DNA of 64,000 nucleotides, from positions 50,739 to 114,738 of IMG/VR virus record IMGVR_UViG_3300022885_000003; one strand, 5' to 3'. Numbering within the stretch: position 1 is the stretch's first letter; the number at the start of each line of letters is the position of its first letter. Below the pieces are notes generated by a model. That model was not told where the DNA came from. It saw only the letters and a program-made list of their open reading frames with translations, and made no database searches. Source of the DNA: a virus. The position numbers and the translations under genes are program-made. Below are positions 29,921 through 38,078 of the stretch, one piece after another.

Positions 29921-30331
29921 CTATCTTTGGAAAGGTCGCGTTTTAACCATCTCCTTGAATTGCTCTATCGTTGACTTGTCTGTTAAGACTAAAGCATACG
30001 TGTGACCCATCAAATCAGCAGCGATAAGGCGGTGCCGTCCGTCTGTGAACTCTAAATATTTCCCATTAACAACATGAATTAGGCTTGGATTCATATAACC
30101 ACCAGATGTCCAATGTTCTTGTGCGCAGGATATACGTCGTGCTTTACCTGTTTCCCCGCCTGATGGGTCACCTATTGGTAAACGCTGCCACTGTGATGTA
30201 TGATTGAAAATATCGTTGATGTTTGCCCAAATCAGGATAAGGGACGGGTCTTCAAGATCTCTCTTGCCGGTACCATATGATTGTGATGGTTCAGTTGCCC
30301 ATCTTAATTCTTCGAGCTCTTTGAGTTTCAT
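29921..30331 (-). CDS. ParB/sulfiredoxin-like protein with MKLKELEE leader
   Basis: DGRHRLIAA motif; TAAATA 5 nt upstream of ATG. Confidence 0.75.
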   Translation of the reverse strand: MKLKELEELRWATEPSQSYGTGKRDLEDPSLILIWANINDIFNHTSQWQRLPIGDPSGGETGKARRISCAQEHWTSGGYMNPSLIHVVNGKYLEFTDGRHRLIAADLMGHTYALVLTDKSTIEQFKEMVKTRPFQR

Positions 30332-30335
30332 AAAA

Positions 30336-30770
30336 CTATTTAGTTTCTGGCTTATGCAAAGCGTTTATTCGTCTAATTTCATTTAGGACATTTCCAAAAT
30401 TCATGGCATCTGATTTTGGAACATCCGGAAAAACTTCTCGAATCCAGTTATCGATTTGTTCGTGATCAACAACAGTGGAACAACCATGATAGAAGCAAAT
30501 CCATCGACCTTCAATTTTTTGGAAGGACAGTTCAACCACTACTGGTCTCCCCGCAATTCTACCAACTTCCTGCATCCCGCCTTGTCGACTCCGATCATCC
30601 CAATGAACTCGATATTTCCTATCTTTTTCTAATTCATAACGAGCATGATCCGACTCAAGTGCTGTCTCCTTCCATAAGAAAAAAGAAGCATCGTTGGATC
30701 CGTCAACCAATCCTACAATTTGTGGTATAAGTTTTTGGCATTCATCATTTAGTGCGACAGAAACGTGCAT
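30336..30770 (-). CDS. Hypothetical protein
   Basis: Likely start ATG 30770 (MHVSVAL...), TAATG-coupled to the upstream remnant. Confidence 0.7.
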   Translation of the reverse strand: MHVSVALNDECQKLIPQIVGLVDGSNDASFFLWKETALESDHARYELEKDRKYRVHWDDRSRQGGMQEVGRIAGRPVVVELSFQKIEGRWICFYHGCSTVVDHEQIDNWIREVFPDVPKSDAMNFGNVLNEIRRINALHKPETK

Positions 30771-30935
30771 TATACTATCCCATGTTTCTTTAGGGTTGCT
30801 ACGAAATAATTGAGGCCTTCTTGTGTGTCGATGTGATAGCCGCCAACGACTTCCATTCCGCAAATTTTGTGATCCAGGACCCTTTCAGATGGATGCGGGC
30901 AACCGCAATCACCAGAAACACGGATATCCTTTCGA
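30770..30935 (-). pseudogene. C-terminal remnant of a gene (GRKDIRVSGDCGCPHP...YHIDTQEGLNYFVATLKKHGIV)
   Basis: Protein-like frame with stop coupled to the next ATG but no start of its own; abuts the truncated HRxDGPA gene. Confidence 0.5.
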
Positions 30936-31139
30936 CCATTCTGTTCTCCCATTTGGATATTCAACAGCAGGTCCATCAATTCGATGTAATTCCCCATTCA
31001 CATACCACTGTTTTGTTCCATCTGCGCATTCAAGAGCGGGGGCGCCTTCTCGATGAATGGATGGTATTAATGACTGATATTCATCGAAAGATATCCATTT
31101 GTTTCCATCTCTTGTCCATATATGAATATTCTTTTCCAT
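30909..31139 (-). pseudogene. Truncated HRxDGPA-repeat protein, duplicate of 31142-31591
   Basis: N-terminus near-identical to 31142-31591 (MEKNIHIWTRDG.KWIS.DEYQS); similarity ends abruptly at about 30935. Confidence 0.55.
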
Positions 31140-31141
31140 AT

Positions 31142-31591
31142 TTAACCCCACGTCATCTTAATTAAAACCAAATCTTGTTTTGTCGTATTATATGGGTCGA
31201 TATCATTTTCTTTAAACCAACTCAGAGGTATATGGCCTCCATTCAAATACCACGCATTTGATCCATCTACGCCTTCAACAGCCGGACCATCATGTCGATG
31301 TAATTCCCCATTCACATACCACTGGTTTGTTCCATACTTAAATTCAAGAGCTGGCCCATCAATTCGATGTAGTTTTCCGTCCTTGTACCATACCTTTGAT
31401 CCATCCGCAGATTCAATAGCTGGTCCATCAAGTCGATGTCGTTTTCCATCAACCCACCACTCCTTTGTTCCATCTGCATCTATAAGAGCTGGGCCGCCAT
31501 CTCGATGCAGGAATAATAATGATGACTGATATTCATCATTAGATATCCATTTGTCTCCATCTCTTGTCCATATATGAATATTCTTTTCCAT
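31142..31591 (-). CDS. HRxDGPA-repeat protein with C-terminal LIKMTWG helix
   Basis: Four (L/R)HRxDGPA-type repeats. Confidence 0.8.
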   Translation of the reverse strand: MEKNIHIWTRDGDKWISNDEYQSSLLFLHRDGGPALIDADGTKEWWVDGKRHRLDGPAIESADGSKVWYKDGKLHRIDGPALEFKYGTNQWYVNGELHRHDGPAVEGVDGSNAWYLNGGHIPLSWFKENDIDPYNTTKQDLVLIKMTWG

Positions 31592-31593
31592 AT

Positions 31594-31947
31594 CTAGCAC
31601 CATGTCATTTTAAACAACACTGCGTCATCGCAGTTTTCGAACCAATACAAATCACCGGAAAGACTGCACCATTTATGTTCAGTATTTTCTATTATCCATA
31701 TAATTTTTACTGGGTACATCCCATCAGAATTGAATTCTCGTCGTGTGAAAAATGTTTCAACCATATGTCCGTCATCAATATCACCGCTGTCCAATTTGTC
31801 ATTATATCGTGGCAGATTGCCTAAATCAGAAGTTAGCCATTCCGGATAATTTTCAATTTTTCCTTGAAAATGTTTCATAATCTCAACAACACCAATACTG
31901 ATTTTTCTTTTATTCCAACCAGTTGGATATTCTAGTTCATTTGTCAT
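31594..31947 (-). CDS. Hypothetical protein, DA-x-x-FKL module family
   Basis: WIIENTEHKW...YWFENCDDAVLFKMTWC. Confidence 0.8.
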   Translation of the reverse strand: MTNELEYPTGWNKRKISIGVVEIMKHFQGKIENYPEWLTSDLGNLPRYNDKLDSGDIDDGHMVETFFTRREFNSDGMYPVKIIWIIENTEHKWCSLSGDLYWFENCDDAVLFKMTWC

Positions 31948-31948
31948 T

Positions 31949-32287
31949 TTATCCCCACGCCAACTTAATTAAGAGTTGATCTTCAATTGATGGCGGCAAC
32001 TCAATTCCCATTTCGTCTAGCCATGAATCAATCCTTTGATCATTGACCCAATATTGCTCTTCTATAATGTTTCCGGACATGAAATACTTGGTGCAAGCTG
32101 GGCCATCAATTCGATGTCTTTTTCCGTTGTTATAATACAAAGCATCATTCAGAATGTTTCCTGGATAATAACTGATAAACGCTGGACCATCTTCTCGATG
32201 AAAACAAAACTTGGGGGGAATTCGGTAACGCTCCTCAAATAAATTACCATCCATCCCGTAAGTTTGTGTTCGGATTACATTTTCCAT
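31949..32287 (-). CDS. HRxDGPA-repeat protein with C-terminal LIKLAWG helix
   Basis: FHREDGPA, RHRIDGPA; ends EDQLLIKLAWG. Confidence 0.78.
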   Translation of the reverse strand: MENVIRTQTYGMDGNLFEERYRIPPKFCFHREDGPAFISYYPGNILNDALYYNNGKRHRIDGPACTKYFMSGNIIEEQYWVNDQRIDSWLDEMGIELPPSIEDQLLIKLAWG

Positions 32288-32289
32288 TT

Positions 32290-32526
32290 TTAACACCATA
32301 CCATTTTGAACAAAGTGGCCTCTTCGATATCATATATACAAAAAATCATCCTAGAAAGATGCTCATAATTAGTAATATTATCCATTAGCCATGTATTCAA
32401 CATTTCAACTTCGAAATATTCAGTAATTAGAATACTAAAATAAACGGCGGGTTCAAGGCGAAGATGTTCAAGATAAAAATCTTCCCGGTCAGCTTGAACA
32501 ACAACTAAGGTATCGATATCTTCCAT
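32290..32526 (-). CDS. Hypothetical protein, DA-x-x-FKL module family
   Basis: WLMDNI...IEEATLFKMVWC; TAATG coupling. Confidence 0.75.
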   Translation of the reverse strand: MEDIDTLVVVQADREDFYLEHLRLEPAVYFSILITEYFEVEMLNTWLMDNITNYEHLSRMIFCIYDIEEATLFKMVWC

Positions 32527-32915
32527 TATAGTTCCCCGCCCCAACATATCTGCATTAATACTTGTTCTTCTTTAGTAATATTGGTTATGTCGATGATATT
32601 ATCCTTGATCCATTCATCCGGGATTCGATTCCCATCCACAAACCACGCTTTGGTTCCATCTGGATATTCAATAGCTGGTCCATCAATTCGGTGTCGATTC
32701 CCGTTTATAAACCACTCTTTTTTACCATTGGCGCGTTTGATTGCGGGGCCATCGGCGTGGTGGCGTTTTCCGTATATATACCATTCAACTGATCCATTTT
32801 TAAATACAACCGCTGGGCCATTAATTCGATGTAGAGCGTTTCGATATAGATCGTTATCAATAAACCACATCTTTGTACCGTATGGAGAAATATCTGGATT
32901 AGTCTTTTTAGACAT
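32526..32915 (-). CDS. HRxDGPA-repeat protein
   Basis: Three repeats; ends TKEEQVLMQICWGGEL. Confidence 0.78.
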   Translation of the reverse strand: MSKKTNPDISPYGTKMWFIDNDLYRNALHRINGPAVVFKNGSVEWYIYGKRHHADGPAIKRANGKKEWFINGNRHRIDGPAIEYPDGTKAWFVDGNRIPDEWIKDNIIDITNITKEEQVLMQICWGGEL

Positions 32916-32962
32916 TATCAATTATCCACATGAATATATCTTTTCATATTAGCCAATGTTTA

Positions 32963-33388
32963 TCACTTCACTTCGTACGGCTTGTTCCACTTACCAATGT
33001 TCATCCGAACATGATAACCAATGTCGAAATAGTCCGACTGGATGTCGCTGTTATCATAATTCTTGATGTTCATCGCCTTCAGCAATGCAACAATTACCTT
33101 CTGGGCTTCATCGGTAAAATGTTCATGTGCCCAGAACGGGTTGATATCAATGCTGTCTTCAGCGAGTCGATTCTTCATGTGGTCTGTGATATATTTGTTC
33201 TTTTCTTCGGCTACCGCGTTATAGTTGCCAATGAAGTCAATCGGCCCACTTTTAACATTCAATGTGAGCATCGTACCGTTGCTAACAGCGAGGGAATACT
33301 TCAACTTTCCCTTCAAACCAAGGATTTCAACGGTTGCATCAATCGCCGCTTTGATTTCTTTTTTCATTTCCTGGTTCATGTACGCCAT
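32963..33388 (-). CDS. Hypothetical early protein
   Basis: GGAG SD, strong promoter; C-terminal DNSD.QSDYFD.GY.V...IGKW.KPY motif. Confidence 0.8.
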   Translation of the reverse strand: MAYMNQEMKKEIKAAIDATVEILGLKGKLKYSLAVSNGTMLTLNVKSGPIDFIGNYNAVAEEKNKYITDHMKNRLAEDSIDINPFWAHEHFTDEAQKVIVALLKAMNIKNYDNSDIQSDYFDIGYHVRMNIGKWNKPYEVK

Positions 33389-33423
33389 TTTCGATCTCCG
33401 TGTTGCTGTTTGCTTATGTCATA

Positions 33424-33451
33424 ATTATAACATGGAATGACGACATGTCAA
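33424..33451 (-). promoter_or_regulatory. Sigma70-like early promoter
   Basis: TTGACA-16nt-TATAAT with TG extension. Confidence 0.8.
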
Positions 33452-33453
33452 CC

Positions 33454-33723
33454 TTACGAAAAGGTTAAACGGAATAAAACAGCGTCTTCTTTAGATTTAA
33501 AATAAAAGGATTTTACGCCAGTGTAATAAAGGTCCGATGAGGTGCTATACCATTCATCGGTTACATTGTTAATAATCCATATACGTAACTGCCAAACCGA
33601 TGTTCCAATTGCGTGTCTCAATGAGTCTGACATTTCAACCGGGTTCCAAGTATCAAATACTTCTCTCTTCTTAGCCGCTCGTTCGACGCCCAGCAATGTA
33701 TGTACTTCAAGATCCGACATCAT
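33454..33723 (-). CDS. Hypothetical protein, DA-x-x-FKL module family
   Basis: WIINNVTDEW...FYFKSKEDAVLFRLTFS. Confidence 0.78.
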   Translation of the reverse strand: MMSDLEVHTLLGVERAAKKREVFDTWNPVEMSDSLRHAIGTSVWQLRIWIINNVTDEWYSTSSDLYYTGVKSFYFKSKEDAVLFRLTFS

Positions 33724-33729
33724 TCATCC

Positions 33730-34236
33730 CTATTTGATATATGCACCGAGTTCGATTTCTTCTTTGGTTAATAATGCCATATAGGCCGTCCGTAATTCGG
33801 CTCTCTTAATCTTCTGGTCGGCCTTGGAAACATTCTTCTTAAAAACCTTTGATTGCCATCTCCACGGCATGACGCCATTAACTCGATAAATTTCCATATA
33901 TTGCGTGGCGGCGAAAGCATATGCCTGGATCTTCTTCTCGTCATCCAATCCCGGAAAGATTGTCACTGTGGACAGAAATTCCTTCACCGCGAATTTAACG
34001 GTCAATGGAGCATTACCGAGAACACTGTTGATATCCCGGTGCGATGCAACCAAATTCCATTGATCACGTTTGACAAATTTGTGAATCTTCCGCAATGCAT
34101 CCTGCGAGACCAAATGTTCAACCGAATAAGTGTCGTCGATTAATTTCACACCTGTGTAAAAGCACGTCGAATACGTAGAACGAACATATTCTTTGGGAGT
34201 AAGACGCTTACCATTCACTTGATTATCATTGAGCAT
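33730..34236 (-). CDS. HNH endonuclease-like protein
   Basis: CFYTG...SVEHLV...NLVASH..IN..LGN. Confidence 0.7.
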   Translation of the reverse strand: MLNDNQVNGKRLTPKEYVRSTYSTCFYTGVKLIDDTYSVEHLVSQDALRKIHKFVKRDQWNLVASHRDINSVLGNAPLTVKFAVKEFLSTVTIFPGLDDEKKIQAYAFAATQYMEIYRVNGVMPWRWQSKVFKKNVSKADQKIKRAELRTAYMALLTKEEIELGAYIK

Positions 34237-34267
34237 ATCGATCCCTTTGATTCCGTGTTATGCTATT

Positions 34268-34295
34268 ATTATAACATGGATCGATATGTTGTCAA
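34268..34295 (-). promoter_or_regulatory. Sigma70-like early promoter
   Basis: TTGACA-16nt-TATAAT with TG extension. Confidence 0.8.
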
Positions 34296-34297
34296 CC

Positions 34298-34564
34298 TTA
34301 GTGATACAGATATGCTGCCGGCGTTCCTTCAAAATCATCTGATGGGATATGAGCCATATCAACGTCGATTCCGTATGGCTCATACCCGTAATGAGTCTCA
34401 CCGTTTGAGTCGGCCCATCCATTTTTTGAATTTAATTGTTTTAGGATTTTGTCAATATACTGACAAGATACTGCAACTGTTCTTAAACTATGGCAATTAC
34501 ATAACTGCCGTTGAACGATCGCGTCTCGTCTGAGGCTTAGAAATTGATACTTCGTCATATACAT
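34298..34564 (-). CDS. Hypothetical protein
   Basis: TAAGGAG SD. Confidence 0.55.
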   Translation of the reverse strand: MYMTKYQFLSLRRDAIVQRQLCNCHSLRTVAVSCQYIDKILKQLNSKNGWADSNGETHYGYEPYGIDVDMAHIPSDDFEGTPAAYLYH

Positions 34565-34685
34565 TTTGCATCTCCTTAATGGAGTTTGACGTCTTTCGCA
34601 AATGCGGGGCGCGTGGCATTCCCTTGCTATTATTTATAATATAATACTGTTCGGGTATGTTGTCAAGTTTTAAAATGTAAGTTTT

Positions 34686-34916
34686 TCATTGCTGCCACAC
34701 CAGTTTCACCATAACAGCATCTTCAAGTGAAAGGCTAAAGATCATATCAGGTGAACCAGTATAACATTTAATATCAAATATACCGTTTAATTCCAAATTT
34801 ATCCACTTTAGGAATTTGGCATATTCATAACCATCATCAAAATCAAGTGTATAGTGTTTCTTATTTCGATCTAAGTGAAATCTTTCGATTTCATTTTCTT
34901 TTAATTCAACCAACAT
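34686..34916 (-). CDS. Hypothetical protein, DA-x-x-FKL module family
   Basis: LKWINLEL...FSLSLEDAVMVKLVWQQ. Confidence 0.72.
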   Translation of the reverse strand: MLVELKENEIERFHLDRNKKHYTLDFDDGYEYAKFLKWINLELNGIFDIKCYTGSPDMIFSLSLEDAVMVKLVWQQ

Positions 34917-35493
34917 GATGTTTATACCTCACAGTCTCTTGGTTATGGGTTACCTTCCATGCTGAGAATTTAACACACGGGAACTCATCTTTCAACTCCA
35001 AAAACGAATCCAAATTCTTTTCATAATCGTCGATCATTTTCACATGCGTATAATTTCCATTAGAAAGATAAACTCGCATGATATCCTTTTTTAATATGTT
35101 GCTTGATCCACGTTTGTTTCCTGCGCGTTCAACATACATGTTGTCGATGTCTAGTCCATGATCACGGAATGTTTGCAGGAATGGCTCTTTATCATAGAAA
35201 TCTTGTCGGGCGGTAAGGAGAATCATTTCAGAACCAACCTCAGACTTAACCTTTTCATGTATATCATTAATTTTTTGAATCACATTGTGTATTGGTTTTG
35301 ACGTTCGTTTAAAGAGATCACCATCTTTGAATTCGTGAAAATCGTAAGACTCACCGTTTTTTAGCTCATAAGCGTTGAATTCCTGATTGTCTAATTCACA
35401 AACGATTTGCCCATCATTCATAACTCGCACTTTGGCAAAAGTCTGGAATAAGGTTTCATCAATATCTATCATATAAAGGGCTTTTCTTATCAT
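34906..35493 (-). CDS. HAD-superfamily phosphatase (PNK-phosphatase / RNA-repair type)
   Basis: DIDETLF, LLTAR, K, MIDD..KNL. Confidence 0.82.
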   Translation of the reverse strand: MIRKALYMIDIDETLFQTFAKVRVMNDGQIVCELDNQEFNAYELKNGESYDFHEFKDGDLFKRTSKPIHNVIQKINDIHEKVKSEVGSEMILLTARQDFYDKEPFLQTFRDHGLDIDNMYVERAGNKRGSSNILKKDIMRVYLSNGNYTHVKMIDDYEKNLDSFLELKDEFPCVKFSAWKVTHNQETVRYKHHVG

Positions 35494-35499
35494 AATAGC

Positions 35500-35527
35500 A
35501 TTATAACACCATTATGTAAAATGTCAA
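35500..35527 (-). promoter_or_regulatory. Sigma70-like promoter predicting a leaderless mRNA
   Basis: TTGACA-16-TATAAT, 6 nt before ATG 35493. Confidence 0.75.
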
Positions 35528-36195
35528 GCTAGTAATTGCGGCAGATAATGTTCCCATGACAATGGTATTGCATAATAACTATTTGGTCCAGTAATTAATA
35601 CCTCTTTTCCTTCTTCAATAGCCATTTCTAAATTTGTATTCATTGGTTCATACTGTTCAGTCATCAAATAAAGTTGATCCATAATAAATTTCTCCGCTGT
35701 TGGAAAATCGTTATGTGATTCATCATCGTCTAAGTTACGATATTCCTCGAGACTATCATCGATGATTGCGTTGAATACAAAATACATATAATCACCTTTA
35801 TTTTGGTTTTTGAACCAAGTATATTGGAATCCATTCATCGGAAACACAATAAACGGAGATCCCCAATCTTTGGCAATCTTCATACGGGGACTAGTAAAAA
35901 TTGAATTTCCTCGAACAGCCTTCATGCCTTGTCTATGCAACACATCGTCAATCATATCCTGGCGATTACTACTCATATCAACAGGTGTTCTATATTCCCA
36001 ATAATCTATTTTATTGCCCGTTGGTCGGATTCCATTTATTCCTCTATATAAAGCGTTTCCGTTTGCTTTACGATAAACATCAATGATTTCTGAACAATCA
36101 TTTTGAATTAGTTCGACAAATTCGTCTACACTTGAAACTATATCATCTAATTCTTCGGTATGTGGTGCTTCTTCTGTTAATTCATTGTATCTCAT
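35524..36195 (-). CDS. ADP-ribosyltransferase-like protein with MRYNELTE leader
   Basis: LYRGI...SIFTS...GKEVLI (R-S-E pattern); paralogous to the C-terminal domain of 39386-40715. Confidence 0.55.
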   Translation of the reverse strand: MRYNELTEEAPHTEELDDIVSSVDEFVELIQNDCSEIIDVYRKANGNALYRGINGIRPTGNKIDYWEYRTPVDMSSNRQDMIDDVLHRQGMKAVRGNSIFTSPRMKIAKDWGSPFIVFPMNGFQYTWFKNQNKGDYMYFVFNAIIDDSLEEYRNLDDDESHNDFPTAEKFIMDQLYLMTEQYEPMNTNLEMAIEEGKEVLITGPNSYYAIPLSWEHYLPQLLA

Positions 36196-36953
36196 TCGGT
36201 ATAGTCCTTAATAACGCGATATACAGTTTTTAGGAATTTTTTCCATGTTTCACCAGCAGCTGGATTGTTTCGCAACGAATTATAATATTCTTTCATAGTA
36301 TTTGAATACTGGATAGCATCTTTAATTCCATCCTGTGTTCTCAATTTGCTTAGAATAGTTTCCAAGTCTCTATCATAGGCAAATAGTAACTGATGAGCGG
36401 CATTATTGGCATAAGCTTCAATCTCAATTGGTTGCCCAAAATAATCTGTCCTCTCATTCCCTGTATTTGATAAACTTTTATCAAAACCATACATCTCTTT
36501 TTCTTGGTCTAATGGTCTTTTGTTTATTTGGATAAAATGTAAAACTTCGTGCGAGAACATTTGGGCCAGTAAATTTGAAATCTGTTCCACGTCTCCTTCA
36601 CCTTTAATAATATCAATAAAATGTTGCTTATCAACATAAAGCTCAATCGATAATTTATTAGTGGAATATTCCATATTTCCCATTTCATCTGCTTTATGAG
36701 TAAAAATAGTCAACATAATGGAAAATTCATCACTGAAATTAATTGTAAAGTAAGAATTTAAATCAATATTTTTTACTATTTTCCTAAACGCATTTTCCAA
36801 TTTATCAGATAAAAGTCTTGAGCAAGAAAGAATATTTCGATTATGAATATCACCTGTACCGAAATATTCATTTAAGACCTGCATAGAATGTTTATATGCT
36901 ACATCATAAAATGGTTTAGTATTTGTCCGATCCAATAATTCATATAAACGCAT
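36192..36953 (-). CDS. HEXXH zinc metallopeptidase-like protein with MRLYELLD leader
   Basis: SHEVLHFIQ...YF..PIEIEAYA. Confidence 0.7.
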   Translation of the reverse strand: MRLYELLDRTNTKPFYDVAYKHSMQVLNEYFGTGDIHNRNILSCSRLLSDKLENAFRKIVKNIDLNSYFTINFSDEFSIMLTIFTHKADEMGNMEYSTNKLSIELYVDKQHFIDIIKGEGDVEQISNLLAQMFSHEVLHFIQINKRPLDQEKEMYGFDKSLSNTGNERTDYFGQPIEIEAYANNAAHQLLFAYDRDLETILSKLRTQDGIKDAIQYSNTMKEYYNSLRNNPAAGETWKKFLKTVYRVIKDYTE

Positions 36954-38077
36954 TATAATTCTCTTATATAATTCTGTGCATCTCGTATATTGTCGAATCG
37001 TTCATTATTGATATAAAATTCCATTTTATCACGTTGATCTCTAAGTTGTCTTAATGCATATTTTTTTGTTTCAGGTGACATGGAATTAAATTCCATACCA
37101 AATTCTTGCGGGCGGTCATACACTCTTATCCATCCTCGATTTAACGCAACTTCCAAATAACCTTCTAAATCTAAATCTTCTGGGTCATCTACATATTGAT
37201 TTAAATGATCAGAGGCTACATTTTCGTGGTGGTAATCGTTTTCGTAATCAACATCGATTCTATTACCATTCTCATCTATCCACCACCCTTTCCAATCTTT
37301 AGTGATATTGAAGTTTTCGTCAATAACGGTATTTCCCATATTTTTTATATTGTCTGGATGCAATGGCCCCGGAACTGATTCACCACCATCGAAATATCTT
37401 AGTTCAACTGGTAACGTTTTCCAACCAAGTTTAGCTGCGGCCATAATACGATGATTTCCTTCACTTACCCAAGGTTGACCGTCATATCCAACAACGATAA
37501 ATGGAGCGTATTCCGAATCATTATCCTTAGACATTGGTGGTAGTCTATCATTGGCCTGCATGTAATTTGTTAGCCAATCCAAATCTTCTTGTCGAACGTT
37601 CTTCTGTTCGCCACTGGCTCCAGGTATATTTTTTAAAAGAGATACTGGTAAACGAACATAATCACTGAATGAGCCAGTCATTGTGCTCATAAAAGGCTTA
37701 CCGTGTACATTCCGACCCATTTCTTTGGCATATTCGATCTTTCCACGTAACCAATCACCGCCAGGGTTATCTACTCTAAGTTTTGTCTGATTGCCGCTAT
37801 TTTCATTTATATTTTCGGATACGGTGATCCTATTACCAACTTGTCCTTTCATATAATTAGAAGCGGATAATGCATCGTTGATAGGAGTGCCGTTAACCAT
37901 CCAGGATGAAACACCTCGATCGTTCCATTCGTTAACATCTTTAAGAATAGAATTAAATTCTTCTTCGATTATGATGCTTGGATCAAAGGTGATTGTAACT
38001 TCAGCCGTTGATGGATTAACATCAAATCCTTCGAAGATTGGTTCATATTTATAATCGAATAGTTCTTTTAAATACAT
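36953..38077 (-). CDS. Multidomain protein with ParB-like domain, MYLKELFD leader
   Basis: PFIVV...EGNHRIMAA..LG...LPV; C-terminal W-I...HH...GWIR domain. Confidence 0.72.
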   Translation of the reverse strand: MYLKELFDYKYEPIFEGFDVNPSTAEVTITFDPSIIIEEEFNSILKDVNEWNDRGVSSWMVNGTPINDALSASNYMKGQVGNRITVSENINENSGNQTKLRVDNPGGDWLRGKIEYAKEMGRNVHGKPFMSTMTGSFSDYVRLPVSLLKNIPGASGEQKNVRQEDLDWLTNYMQANDRLPPMSKDNDSEYAPFIVVGYDGQPWVSEGNHRIMAAAKLGWKTLPVELRYFDGGESVPGPLHPDNIKNMGNTVIDENFNITKDWKGWWIDENGNRIDVDYENDYHHENVASDHLNQYVDDPEDLDLEGYLEVALNRGWIRVYDRPQEFGMEFNSMSPETKKYALRQLRDQRDKMEFYINNERFDNIRDAQNYIREL

Positions 38078-38078
38078 A

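Noticed and set aside
33730-34236. Mobile intron-encoded homing endonuclease
   Set aside because: Free-standing gene with its own promoter; no interrupted host gene around it.
34565-34630. Riboswitch in the GC-rich leader containing GCGAAAG
   Set aside because: Could not build a convincing known aptamer fold; may be a short ORF or plain leader.
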